Program-made: the position numbers and the translations under genes
The notes under the pieces: model-generated
Databases searched by the model: none
Told to the model about the DNA's origin: nothing
Seen by the model: only the letters and a program-made list of their open reading frames with translations
NCBI GenBank assembly: GCA_022824225.1
Contig: JAJEAH010000048.1
Location: 2,764 to 66,763, forward strand
Length of the DNA: 64,000 nt
Source: Chloroflexota bacterium
GTDB lineage: Bacteria; Chloroflexota; UBA11872; VXOZ01
Direction of reading: 5' to 3'
In this document: piece by piece, positions 18,076 through 27,919 of the stretch
How the letters are laid out: every line of letters begins with the position of its first letter
Position numbering within the stretch: position 1 is the stretch's first letter

Positions 18076-18351
18076 ATGGGAGTGAAAGTTTACATTCCGA
18101 CGCCGTATCGGCGCTTTACCGGCAATCAATCGAGGGTCGAAGTGGAAGCGGCAACGGTCGGCCAGCTTCTGCAGGAACTCGAAAGGCAATTCCCCGGCAT
18201 CGGCGCGCAGATCGCCGATGAGTCTGGCGACATTCCCGGCTATCTGAACGTCTACGTGAACTCAGAGGAAGTCCGCACCCTCCAGGGCAAAGACACGGCG
18301 CTCGCCGACGGCGATGAAATCTCGGTGATTCCCGCCATGGCCGGCGGCTGA
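18076..18351 (+). CDS. MoaD/ThiS/CysO-family ubiquitin-like sulfur carrier
   Basis: V.IPTPYRRFTG...NVYVN.E.VR.LQG.DT.L.DGDEISVIPAMAGG with C-terminal GG. Confidence 0.93.
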   Translation: MGVKVYIPTPYRRFTGNQSRVEVEAATVGQLLQELERQFPGIGAQIADESGDIPGYLNVYVNSEEVRTLQGKDTALADGDEISVIPAMAGG

Positions 18352-18683
18352 GCAGAGGCCTGTAGCTTGGGATGCGCAAGACCTGAAGCACAGCGGCTTT
18401 TTCTTCATATTCTTGTTAGCCGGCTACAGTTACCCAAAGCCGCGTGGGTTTGCCGTACGTATCCGCGCGGCATATACCAAAACGCGCAAACCGGCGGACT
18501 ATTCTGACGTTCCGTCTCTTGCCAGTTTCGGCGCAGTTCTCTCGCATTGTCTCAGTCTTGGGCAGACCACTCCCACGTTGAGTTGGCGCTTCGCGCCACT
18601 TAATCTTGTCCTCGAGGTCGCCCTCGCGTGTCAGGGTCTTGGGTTCCGAGAGTAGTCGAGTGGGTTTGGGAGGTCATGGGCAC

Positions 18684-20966
18684 ATGATTGCACGGAGGGA
18701 GGGACTTGCCACTGTCCGGCTTGCCCTGCAGAAGCTGTCGCTGCGCTGGTATGCCGGAATCCGGCCCAAGCTACATGATGAAAGCCTGAGATGGGCCTTC
18801 GCCGTTGGTTGCGGGGCATTCCTGCTTGCGGCAGGTTTTGTCTTGCTCGTCGCGCAGCCAACCGTCAACTCTGTTGACGGCCCAATGTATCACAGAATTG
18901 GCTATGGCTTAGCGCAAGATTTCCGCTACAACGGGGGCGCTTATCCCTATCCGCTCTATCCCGTCTTCTTGGCGGTTGTCTATGTGCTTGGTGGAGCATA
19001 CGGAGCAGTATTCCTCGCCCACGGGGTGCTGTTCGCGATTACGGTCGGCTTAGGCTACTGGCTCGCGCGCCGGTTGGCAGGACACGCAACGGGCCTATTC
19101 GCGGCACTGCTCATTGCCCTCGATGCGACGCTGTTGGGGAATGTTGGCCTGGTCGCAACCGAGAATCTCCAGACTCCGCTGTTGTTGCTGGCGGTAGTCG
19201 TCTCGCTCTATGCGTTGCGACGCCGGGAATACCGATACCACGTTGGCATGGGTGTGCTGTGGGGGCTTCTCACCCTGGTAAAGCCCGCGACGATACTTTG
19301 GCCGCCGTTTCTCCTGCCCGTTTACTTGCTTGGCAGCGGCCGTCTGGGCGGACGGCTTTGGCTCGCGATGGCGCTTGCCTTCGTCTTGACACTCTCGCCA
19401 TGGGTTGTACGAAACCAGCTAGACACACAGGCAGCGGCTACGGGGCAATTCGAACTGCCCTTTGCGCAGGGCTATCCAACACTCCTCATCCATGTAGTGG
19501 ATGAAGGGGAAACGCGCCACAACATGGCCCATCTGGAGCCGAAGCTCCTGGCGGCCGCTTCTGCTGCTGCCGCAGAGGGGATCGAGCGAGAATCCATACA
19601 GTTCGAGTTCTATACGTTGCGCTTGCTGTGGGAACGAATAGAGCGTTCACCCATCGCGTACTTCGGTCATATTTGGGGCAACTTCACGTACTTTTGGCTT
19701 GAGCCGCCGGTGGTTTGGACTGATTCAGCCTACAATCACGTGTCCAACTTTCCCGGCGGATACCGGGATGCGCCCGGCTTCACCTACCATGCCCGGCTGC
19801 ATGCCGCTTTGGCGGTCTTGGCGTTCCTCTCCCTGATCTTGCTCTGCCGGCAGTCACTGCTCATCGCATCGTTCGTCGCACTCCTGATGTTCTACTATGC
19901 GGCTTTCCATACCATGTATGTTGTGCTCCCTCGTTTTAGCGTGCCGGTCATGCCGTTAGTCCTCATCGGGGCAGCGGCGTTTCCCATGCTTGCCACATCC
20001 GCAATTAGGGAGATAATCCTCAAGCGAAGAGTCATCGGCAATGCGCTCCTGACGATTCCTGTGGCCGCACTCTTGGCCGCGGTTGCGGTCAATTCCTTAC
20101 CCCCGCAGGCTAACGGCATCCAACAGGGCTCATTCGAGTCTGCAGACCAGGTGGACACGGTATGGTACTACGAAGATGCGGCGGATCAGAGGGATGTGCC
20201 TCCCGTAATCGCCCCATATCGGGCACGCGATGGATTCCGCTCAGCCGTTCTCAGGATTGCCGCGGATGAGCAAGGCGTTGAGAAGCGGCTGATCCAGATC
20301 GTCCCCGTGTGGTTTGACGCAACGTATCGGCTGAAATTCGTATACCGCTTTGCCGAAGAGGCGGTGAGAAGCGCCCCCTTCTACGTTGAAGTGAGTGAGT
20401 GGGATGAGTCCAATGAAGTGTGGGAAACGAGGGTAAAAGACCTTCTGCCGGTTGTAGGTAGCAGGTGGGAAGAACAAGAGTACGAGTTCAGCGTGAGCGC
20501 AAGTGCTCACACAGTCTTGGTTGCTTTCGGGACTAGAATCGAGCCGAGCGAAGTGTTGCTCGATAACGTACGGCTAGAATTGGCAGTATCCCCGTTGGCG
20601 CTCATTCAGAGGCCATACTTGCTAGATGATCCAGCGGAAGTCAATACAAGCAACTACTTGCCGCTGGAGAAATGGGTGGAAACACAGCCTCAAGAAAACC
20701 GATCATTCCTGCTGACGAATCCGGGAGTGGCACGGGCAAATGGCTGGCGAGGTGACGAGGGCACGTTGCAATCAACCGCATACGGGATTGGCCTCGGAAT
20801 GGTTGCCCTTTGGGTTTTGATCGGCGTCCTGTTCATTCGGCTGAGGTTGCTCGAGCGGATGGCGAGGGCGAGACTGTTGGAGGTCGGGTCAGGGGCCGCC
20901 ATGTTGTTTTTGGCAGTGGGCCAGGCAGCGACCTGCTATCTACTGCTGTTTAGCAATCCAATCTAG
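18684..20966 (+). CDS. GT-C (ArnT/PMT, GT39-like) glycosyltransferase with a C-terminal beta-rich, CBM-like domain
   Basis: DG..Y..I, PLYPVFLA, TENL, LVKP, PWVVRN and PRF..P motifs plus TM helices; GSFE...LLDNVRLE CBM-like segment; GGAGG SD; AT-richer than its flanks. Confidence 0.8.
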   Translation: MIARREGLATVRLALQKLSLRWYAGIRPKLHDESLRWAFAVGCGAFLLAAGFVLLVAQPTVNSVDGPMYHRIGYGLAQDFRYNGGAYPYPLYPVFLAVVYVLGGAYGAVFLAHGVLFAITVGLGYWLARRLAGHATGLFAALLIALDATLLGNVGLVATENLQTPLLLLAVVVSLYALRRREYRYHVGMGVLWGLLTLVKPATILWPPFLLPVYLLGSGRLGGRLWLAMALAFVLTLSPWVVRNQLDTQAAATGQFELPFAQGYPTLLIHVVDEGETRHNMAHLEPKLLAAASAAAAEGIERESIQFEFYTLRLLWERIERSPIAYFGHIWGNFTYFWLEPPVVWTDSAYNHVSNFPGGYRDAPGFTYHARLHAALAVLAFLSLILLCRQSLLIASFVALLMFYYAAFHTMYVVLPRFSVPVMPLVLIGAAAFPMLATSAIREIILKRRVIGNALLTIPVAALLAAVAVNSLPPQANGIQQGSFESADQVDTVWYYEDAADQRDVPPVIAPYRARDGFRSAVLRIAADEQGVEKRLIQIVPVWFDATYRLKFVYRFAEEAVRSAPFYVEVSEWDESNEVWETRVKDLLPVVGSRWEEQEYEFSVSASAHTVLVAFGTRIEPSEVLLDNVRLELAVSPLALIQRPYLLDDPAEVNTSNYLPLEKWVETQPQENRSFLLTNPGVARANGWRGDEGTLQSTAYGIGLGMVALWVLIGVLFIRLRLLERMARARLLEVGSGAAMLFLAVGQAATCYLLLFSNPI

Positions 20967-21195
20967 ACGCCTGGTCTGTCAGGCACATCGCTTTCACCGG
21001 TGTATTCCCTGGCATACTGATTCTGGGCTGCCCCTTCCCATTTCCCACGGCCTACGTGTATTGATTGGATGCGTCCCGCTGGTAACGCCGAGAAATCCCG
21101 TTGGACAGTCTCTGGGCCTTCTCCTAGAATTGCTAGTGGTAGTGTAGTCTCCTCGTTGCTCGCCATTGAAATTGCCGGAATTGAATAGCATCCTG

Positions 21196-22497
21196 ATGAT
21201 TCCCCGCTACACACGTCCCGTCATGGGCAAGATCTGGTCGGAAGAGCACAAATTCGCCACCTGGCTGCAGGTGGAGATCGCGGTGTGCGAGGCTTGGACG
21301 GAGCAGGGAAAGGTTCCCGCGGCCGACATGGCGAAATTGCGGCAGGCGCCGCAGCCCTCACTCGCGCGCATAGCCGCCATCGAAAAGGAGATCGACCACG
21401 ACCTGAACGCGTTTCTCATGGCCGTGGCGGAACAACTGGGCCCGGAGAGCCGCTTTCTGCACCTGGGGCTGACCTCATATGACGTGGAAGACACCGCCAC
21501 CGGCTTGCGGCTGCGGGATGCCGCCGATGTGCTGCTAGCGGAAATCGACGCCTTGAGCGAGGTGCTGGAAGAGGCCGCGGTAACATACAAAGACGTGCCG
21601 CAGATTGGGCGCACCCACGGCGTGCAGGCCGAACCGATTTCATTCGGCTACAAGCTGCTGGTGTGGGTGGATGAGATGCGCCGGAACCGAGCGCGCCTGG
21701 AGGCGGCGCGGGCCCAGGTAGCGGTCGGCAAAGTGTCCGGCGCGGTGGGCACCCACGCCAACGTGCCGCCCGTTATCGAGGACCGCGTCTGCGCCATGCT
21801 CGGCCTCGCCGTCGCGCCCACGTCCACCCAAATCGTCCAGCGGGACCGCCACGCCGATTTCGTCACCACGCTCGCGGTGATTGGCGCCTCGCTTGAGAAA
21901 TTCTCGACGGAAATCCGCAATCTCCAGCGCACGGAAGTCCTGGAGGTGGAAGAGCCGTTCGAGCCCGGGCGGGTGGGCTCGTCCGCCATGCCGCACAAGC
22001 GCAACCCCGCGCGCTGTGAGCGCATCTCCGGTCTGGCGCGCTTGCTGCGGTCCTATGCGCTGACGGCGCTGGAAAACGTGGCGCTCTGGCACGAGCGGGA
22101 CATCACGAATTCCGCCCCCGAACGCGTTATTTTTCCCGACTCCTGCATTGTTCTGGATTACATGCTCAGTCTCTTTACCCGCGTGATGGCCGATCTGCGC
22201 GTGTATCCGGATAACATGGCGCGCAACCTCGGCCAAACGGGCGGGCTCGTCTTCAGCGAGGCAGTGCTCTTGGCTCTGATCGACTGCGGTCTGACGCGCC
22301 AGCACGCCTACGCCATCGTGCAGGAACACGCTACGGCGGCATGGGAGACCGGCGGCGACTTTGGCGCGCTGCTCAAGGGCGACCCGCGAGTGCGCGAGCA
22401 CCTGGACGAGGCCGCAATCGACGCCCTCTTCGACGTGCGCCACCACCTGCGCCACGTCGACGCGTCCTACAGGCGCATGGGTCTGGCCGAGAAGTAG
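21196..22497 (+). CDS. purB: Adenylosuccinate lyase
   Basis: MIPRY, HLGLTSYD, GRTHG, SGAVGT, signature GSSAMPHKRNP and LWHERDI. Confidence 0.97.
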   Translation: MIPRYTRPVMGKIWSEEHKFATWLQVEIAVCEAWTEQGKVPAADMAKLRQAPQPSLARIAAIEKEIDHDLNAFLMAVAEQLGPESRFLHLGLTSYDVEDTATGLRLRDAADVLLAEIDALSEVLEEAAVTYKDVPQIGRTHGVQAEPISFGYKLLVWVDEMRRNRARLEAARAQVAVGKVSGAVGTHANVPPVIEDRVCAMLGLAVAPTSTQIVQRDRHADFVTTLAVIGASLEKFSTEIRNLQRTEVLEVEEPFEPGRVGSSAMPHKRNPARCERISGLARLLRSYALTALENVALWHERDITNSAPERVIFPDSCIVLDYMLSLFTRVMADLRVYPDNMARNLGQTGGLVFSEAVLLALIDCGLTRQHAYAIVQEHATAAWETGGDFGALLKGDPRVREHLDEAAIDALFDVRHHLRHVDASYRRMGLAEK

Positions 22498-22524
22498 CCG
22501 TCCTGCCAAAGCCGCAGTTCTCCA

Positions 22525-22547
22525 GTAGCGCAGATTTGCAACCTGCG
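22525..22547. repeat. GTAG-type REP-like palindrome (family F)
   Basis: GTAGCGCAGATTTGCAACCTGCG; related copies at 49748-49770 and 32001-32040. Confidence 0.6.
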
Positions 22548-22722
22548 TTTTCGGCAGCAATTGGGTTTGGGCGGTCACGCGCTAACGCCAAACCGCCGGG
22601 TACCCACCCGCGCTGCCCTCCGCGCCAAGAGGCGAGGGACAAGCCCTAATGCTGTCGCATTAAAGAGTCACGTACGTTTGTTGGTCTCCCAAATCCTCAC
22701 AAATGGATAAAAGTACACACAG

Positions 22723-22872
22723 CCGTTCGCCTTGAACCTGTCGAAAGGTGAACGGCGGGGTAGTTGTGGCGCACTGTACTACCCGTCCATACTTCGACAG
22801 GCTCAGCACGAACGGGTAGTACAGCGATCATCAGTTTTAAGCGACAGCATTGGGGACAAGCCCCCGCGCTAC
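22723..22872. repeat. REPIN-like inverted doublet (family B) plus a family E REP
   Basis: CCGTTCGCCTTGAACCTGTCGAA...CTTCGACAGGCTCAGCACGAACGG (22723-22815); GGGGACAAGCCCCCGCGCTAC (22852-22872). Confidence 0.75.
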
Positions 22873-22905
22873 ATCTATAGGGACGGCACGAAGACAGCGC
22901 CGCGC

Positions 22906-23700
22906 CTATGCGTCGTGGGTCGCCATCTCAATGAGCGTGCAGAAGGCGCCCTGCGGATCGCACACGAACGCAAATCTGCCCACGCCCTCCACCGCCATGA
23001 CGGGTGAAATTTGCTGTCCGCCCAGGCTCTGCAATTGCGCCAGCGAGTCGTCCAGGTTGGCGACGGCGAGGTAGATCGACCAATGCGGCGGCATCGGTTC
23101 CCATTCCGGCCTGATCGCCATCATGCCGGCTGCCGGTCTTTCATCGAGGCTGAACAGGTTATACTCGCCGCCGTCGCCGCTGGGCGTCATCTCCGCCGAC
23201 CAGCCGAAGAGGCCCACGTAGAATTCCTGGGCCGCGGCGGTATCGTGGGTGTAGAGTTCGCACCATGCCAGTGCGCCCGGTTCGCCAAAGACCTCGGCCC
23301 CGATTTCCGTGCCCGGCTGCCACACCGAAAACGCCGCGCCGGTGGGGTCTTGCGCCACCGCCATGCGGCCGGCGTCCATGACTGCCAGCGGCTCCTGCGC
23401 CAGCGTGCCGCCCAGCTCCGTGACGCGCGCCGCCGTGGCGTCGATGTCGGCTACCGTGAAGTAGCTCTGCCACACCGGCCGGCCGCCCGTCAACTGCTTG
23501 AGCTCCTCAGGCATGTCGTACATGGCAAACACGTTGCGCTCCCGCTTTTGCAGCAGGGCATAGGTCGAGCCTTCGGGTGAGGGCGCGTCCAAGGCCTTCA
23601 GTCCGAGGAGCGTGGTGTAGAACTGCTTGGAACCGTCCAGGTCCGGCGTGCCCAGATCGGCCCAACTGAACATGCCCGGTTGATGTTGCGTTACGTCCAT
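22906..23700 (-). CDS. Two-domain VOC family protein (Rv0577/CFP32-like)
   Basis: PG.FSWADL.T.D....FY, GRMAVAQDPTGA, WCELYT and GRFAFVCDPQGA motifs. Confidence 0.92.
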   Translation of the reverse strand: MDVTQHQPGMFSWADLGTPDLDGSKQFYTTLLGLKALDAPSPEGSTYALLQKRERNVFAMYDMPEELKQLTGGRPVWQSYFTVADIDATAARVTELGGTLAQEPLAVMDAGRMAVAQDPTGAAFSVWQPGTEIGAEVFGEPGALAWCELYTHDTAAAQEFYVGLFGWSAEMTPSGDGGEYNLFSLDERPAAGMMAIRPEWEPMPPHWSIYLAVANLDDSLAQLQSLGGQQISPVMAVEGVGRFAFVCDPQGAFCTLIEMATHDA

Positions 23701-23816
23701 GGTTTCCTCTGGTGCGTGCTTACGCGTTACGTCGTGTCAGCTATAGCGGCCCACACCGTCTATAGTAGAACGTGTAGGCGGAGACAGGCAATGAGACCGG
23801 AGAAGGGGGCGCAACG

Positions 23817-24707
23817 ATGGACGACGTAATCCTGGAGACGGCGCTGCCCCTGCCCCGCTATGCCCGGGGCAAGGTGCGCGACATGTACGACGTGGGCGAG
23901 CAGTTGCTCATCGTCACCACTGATCGCATTTCGGCCTTCGACGTGGTGCTGCCCATGGGCATACCCGGCAAGGGCCGGGTGCTCAATACGCTGTCGGCGT
24001 TTTGGTTCCGGCGGTCGCGCCGCCTGATGCCCAATCACCTCATCACCACCGACGTTGCGGACTACCCGGCGGCGCTCCAGCCCCACGGCGAGATGCTGGC
24101 GGGCCGCAGCATGCTGGTGCGGAAGGCGGAACGGATCGACGCTGAGTGCGTGGTGCGGGGCTATCTGGCCGGTTCCGGCTGGCGCGACTATGTGCGCACC
24201 GGTGCGGTTTGCGGGCACGCGCTGCCGCCGGGCCTGCTGGAAAGCCAGGAGTTGCCCGAACCCATCTTCACGCCCGCCACCAAGGCCGATTCCGGCCACG
24301 ATGAGAACATCTCGCGGGAGGAGTTGGCGTCGCGCATCGGCCCGGAGCTCGCGTCCCGCCTGGAAGCGGCCTCCCTCGCCATCTACGCGTTTGGACGCGC
24401 GGAAGCCCAGCAGGCCGGCTTGATCGTGGCCGATACGAAGTTCGAATTCGGGCTCTACCAAGGTGAACTCATCCTCATCGATGAAGCGTTCACGCCGGAC
24501 TCCTCGCGCTATTGGGACATAGACATCTACGAGCCCGGCCACCCCCAGCCGAGCTACGATAAGGAATTCGTGCGCGAATGGCTGCGCGAAAGCGGCTGGG
24601 ACATGGAGCCGCCGGCGCCCATGCTGCCGGACGACATCGTCCGGAAGACCGCCGCAAAATATACGGAAGCCCTGCGCCGCATCACGGCTTTACCGCGGTC
24701 GCAGTGA
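23817..24707 (+). CDS. purC: SAICAR synthetase
   Basis: RGKVRDMY, TDRISAFD, ECVVRGYLAGSG, IFTPATKA, VADTKFEFG, DEAFTPDSSRYW and SYDKEFVR motifs. Confidence 0.97.
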   Translation: MDDVILETALPLPRYARGKVRDMYDVGEQLLIVTTDRISAFDVVLPMGIPGKGRVLNTLSAFWFRRSRRLMPNHLITTDVADYPAALQPHGEMLAGRSMLVRKAERIDAECVVRGYLAGSGWRDYVRTGAVCGHALPPGLLESQELPEPIFTPATKADSGHDENISREELASRIGPELASRLEAASLAIYAFGRAEAQQAGLIVADTKFEFGLYQGELILIDEAFTPDSSRYWDIDIYEPGHPQPSYDKEFVREWLRESGWDMEPPAPMLPDDIVRKTAAKYTEALRRITALPRSQ

Positions 24708-24741
24708 CAGTTGGCCTAGAGATGCAGGAACGGCTGCGCGG

Positions 24742-25929
24742 CTACGACGCGGGGGCGGGACGCTCAGTGCGCCGGCAGGCCGCCGTATACACCGCCAGGT
24801 TGTGTTCGGCGATGCGCGGCCACGAAAAGCCCAGGGCAAAGCGCCGGGCGGCGTTGCCGAGACTCGCGCCCAGGGCGCGGTCGTCGTAGAGGCGGCGGAG
24901 CGCCTGGCTCAGCGCGGCGGCGTCTTCGGGCGGCGTCAGCAGCAGCGCATCGCTCTCCTGCAATTCCGGCGCGGGCTGCTTGGGATACGTGCTCACCAGC
25001 GGCAGGCTGTGGGCCATGGTTGTCAGTAAGCTCGTCCGGCGCAGCGACGCCCCGTCGGCAAACGGCAGGGCCATGGCGTCGCACGTCTGGATGGCGCGCG
25101 AGGCGTCGGTCGTTTCCAGGTAGCCGGTGCTCAGCAGGATGTCCTCAGTATCCAGCCGCAGCCGGTAGATGAGGCGCTCCAGGTGCTCCTTGTAGACCGC
25201 GTTGTACGGATCGCTCTCGCCCAAGCTGCCGCCAATGATGAGCACCTGTACGGGGATGTCCTGGTCGCGCAGGATGCGCACCGCTTCGAAGAGGGTGTCC
25301 ACGCCCTTGGTGAGATTGATGAAGCCGAAGAAGCCTACCAGGAATGCGTTTTCCGCCACGCCGCATTCGGCCCGGAGCGCCCGCCGCCGCTCTGCGGAAA
25401 TAGGCGCCACGGGCACCGCCGGGCCGACGCCGATCCGGTGTGTGGGCACGTCCGCATCCACCGTTGCCTCCCACTGCGCGCGGTCTTCGCGAGTGGTGAA
25501 GATGCACGCGTCGCTGTAGCGGCCCAGCATGTGGGTCACCCAACGGCGCACGGGACCGGCCTTGGGAAAGAGATAGGGCGTGCGCAGGTCGTGGAACGTG
25601 GTGACGAGCGCCGGGCGGGGCGTATGGCGGCGGAGGTACCAGGGTAGGAGGTTGACGGCGGGTTTGAGATCGAAGGCGGCGGTCTGGAATTGGATGTGGA
25701 CCACGTCGATTTCCCGTTCGGCAATGATCTGCCGCGCGACTGACCAGAAGGGAAAGCCCCACGTGCCGACGACGGGATGCACGGTGGGCTCCACGCTGGC
25801 GCAATTCGAGCCGGTCAGCACTTCGCTGGCCACGTCCAGCGCGCGGAGTTCGGAGCGCAACGCCGCAGTGTAGTCGGCGATCCCGCCCTGGTTGGGCGGG
25901 TATTCCCCGGTGACGAAGAGTACGCGCAT
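24742..25929 (-). CDS. GT4 family glycosyltransferase
   Basis: MRVLFVTGEYPP..GGIADY, TTFHD, FFGFI...KG and FSWPRIA motifs (GT-B fold); start reassigned to ATG 25929. Confidence 0.92.
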   Translation of the reverse strand: MRVLFVTGEYPPNQGGIADYTAALRSELRALDVASEVLTGSNCASVEPTVHPVVGTWGFPFWSVARQIIAEREIDVVHIQFQTAAFDLKPAVNLLPWYLRRHTPRPALVTTFHDLRTPYLFPKAGPVRRWVTHMLGRYSDACIFTTREDRAQWEATVDADVPTHRIGVGPAVPVAPISAERRRALRAECGVAENAFLVGFFGFINLTKGVDTLFEAVRILRDQDIPVQVLIIGGSLGESDPYNAVYKEHLERLIYRLRLDTEDILLSTGYLETTDASRAIQTCDAMALPFADGASLRRTSLLTTMAHSLPLVSTYPKQPAPELQESDALLLTPPEDAAALSQALRRLYDDRALGASLGNAARRFALGFSWPRIAEHNLAVYTAACRRTERPAPAS

Positions 25930-26058
25930 GTCTAGATTTGGGAAGTCCTTCCCACTGCGCGCCGCCGGGCAGCCTGGCGGATCGCGGCGCATGGAGATTG
26001 AGCGTTTCGCGGCGCGGGCATGCCGCCGCAATGGCTGACGTTAGCGCGCACACGTAGA

Positions 26059-27900
26059 TTATACGAGACGACGGCCCCTGCCCGGAAAGCCGGTGAGGTA
26101 CCACGCGGTCACGTGAGCGAAGATATTGGCTTTCTGGCGCGTGTGTTGGTCGCCTCGCTGCACGAGGGCGCGCACGCCCTGCTGCGCCGTGTAGGCGGCG
26201 AACAACAAGCCGATGACGATCCGCAGGAGCAGCGCCGGCCAGCGGCCGCGCTCCTTGGCCAGGAACTTGTGACGGCTGTGGTGAAAGTTGAGTGCGCGGC
26301 CTATCAGGTCCTGGTCGGCGCTCCGGCTGCGCTGGTGCCGAATTCGCGCCGTCGGCACGTATGCGACCTCCCAGCCGGCTTCCCTAATCCGGCGGCACCA
26401 GTCGGTTTCTTCGAAATACATGAAGAACCGGGGATCGAAGCCGCCCACCGCCCGCAGCGCGGTTCGCCGCGCAACAAGGCAGGCGCCCACCACCCAGTCA
26501 ACACGCGCGGGTTGCGTTTCGTCAAGGTCGCGGCAATAGAATCGCCGCAGGTCGGCGGTCTCGCCCAACCACCACTGCAGCGGCGTGCTCTCCAGCAGCG
26601 TGGTGGCAAACGTGTATGCGCGGCGACAGGTGGACTGTGTGCCCCAGCCGCCGTCCGGACCGTCCGGCGCGGCGACGTGGGGCCCCAGCAGCCCGACGTG
26701 GGGTTCTTGGTCGAGGCAGTCCCGAACGGCGGCAAAGAACCCGGCCTCCACAGTCGCATCGGGATTCAAGACCACCACCGTCTCCCCGCGCGCCGCCGCC
26801 ATGCCTTGGTTGGCCGCGTTCCCAAAGCCTGCGTTGGCGGCGTTGGCAATGAGGCGCACGCGGGGAAAACGCGCTCGCACCAGCGCTGCGCTGTCGTCTG
26901 CAGAAGCATTGTCCACGACGATTACTTCACCGTCGATCCCGGCGTCTTCCAGGTCTGCGAGCACCGATGCGATGGCGTCTGCGAGCAGCCCGGCCACGTT
27001 GTAGGCAACGATGACGACTGAGACGGCGCACGCCGCGGGCGGTAGTTGGCGAAATTCCCGCCAGACCCGGGTGGTGGGGTCTTTGGTCAGCGCGGCGAGA
27101 TGCCGATGCATGCGCCAATCGAAATAAGCCATGGCAGCGCTGATGGCAAGGCCTGCCCCGCCTCCGGCATAGCCCTGCCACGTGAAGAAATGTCGGTTGA
27201 AGGCCCGCAGCGGCTGCAGCACGTAATTGTGGGGCCGCACCCGGCGCCCCAGCAGCCACTGGCGGCGGGCCTCCAATTCGGCATAGCGCTCGTGCTTGGC
27301 CAGAAACTGCCGCACCGAGGCGTAGCTATAGTGAGTCAGGGTCTCCGTGAGCCGCCGGTCGGGGCCGTCCAGGGTCACGAGTTCGTGCACGAGGCGGGTG
27401 GGGTCATAGCGGCCCTTCGCGGCCTGGAACAAGCGGAGTTGGTAGTCCGGACTCCAGCCCGCGTAACGCAGCCAGCGATCTTTCAAAAGGTTCTTGCGGG
27501 GTATCCAGTAGCCCGCGACGGATTCATCGCGGGCGGCGGTCCGAATCTCCTGGGCCAGCGCGGGCGTGACGATCTCATCGGCGTCGATGAAGAGCACCCA
27601 GGGCGTCCGCACGTGGCCGAGGGCGAAGTTGCGCTGGGCGGCGAAACTCTCGAGCTTGCGTTCCAATACGCGAGCGCCGTGCCGCCGGCAGCGCTCGCGG
27701 GTCGCGTCCGTGCTGAAGTCATCCACCACCAGAATAGCGTCGGCCCAGGCGAGGGGCGTGAGGCAGGCAGCGATGGTGTCCGCCACGTTGCGAGTGAGCA
27801 CGACCGCCGTAATGCCGGTAGCGGGCGCCACAGCGGCAGGAGACGCGCAACCCGCGTTGGGCGAAGTGTGGGCGGGAGAACCAGGACGTGGCGCACTCAT
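26059..27900 (-). CDS. Fused double GT2 glycosyltransferase (WaaE-like + WbbL-like domains)
   Basis: Domain 1: VVDDFSTDAT, FAAQRNFAL, FIDADE. Domain 2: VVDNASADDS, NAGFGNAAN, LNPDA, FDPRFFMYFEETDWC. Confidence 0.9.
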   Translation of the reverse strand: MSAPRPGSPAHTSPNAGCASPAAVAPATGITAVVLTRNVADTIAACLTPLAWADAILVVDDFSTDATRERCRRHGARVLERKLESFAAQRNFALGHVRTPWVLFIDADEIVTPALAQEIRTAARDESVAGYWIPRKNLLKDRWLRYAGWSPDYQLRLFQAAKGRYDPTRLVHELVTLDGPDRRLTETLTHYSYASVRQFLAKHERYAELEARRQWLLGRRVRPHNYVLQPLRAFNRHFFTWQGYAGGGAGLAISAAMAYFDWRMHRHLAALTKDPTTRVWREFRQLPPAACAVSVVIVAYNVAGLLADAIASVLADLEDAGIDGEVIVVDNASADDSAALVRARFPRVRLIANAANAGFGNAANQGMAAARGETVVVLNPDATVEAGFFAAVRDCLDQEPHVGLLGPHVAAPDGPDGGWGTQSTCRRAYTFATTLLESTPLQWWLGETADLRRFYCRDLDETQPARVDWVVGACLVARRTALRAVGGFDPRFFMYFEETDWCRRIREAGWEVAYVPTARIRHQRSRSADQDLIGRALNFHHSRHKFLAKERGRWPALLLRIVIGLLFAAYTAQQGVRALVQRGDQHTRQKANIFAHVTAWYLTGFPGRGRRLV

Positions 27901-27919
27901 GGGCGTCTCTGCGGCCAGC

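Noticed and set aside
18076-18351. Ubiquitin-like protein as part of a Bil/CBASS-type conjugation defence system
   Set aside because: No E1, E2 or JAB genes nearby; the sequence is a typical MoaD/CysO sulfur carrier.
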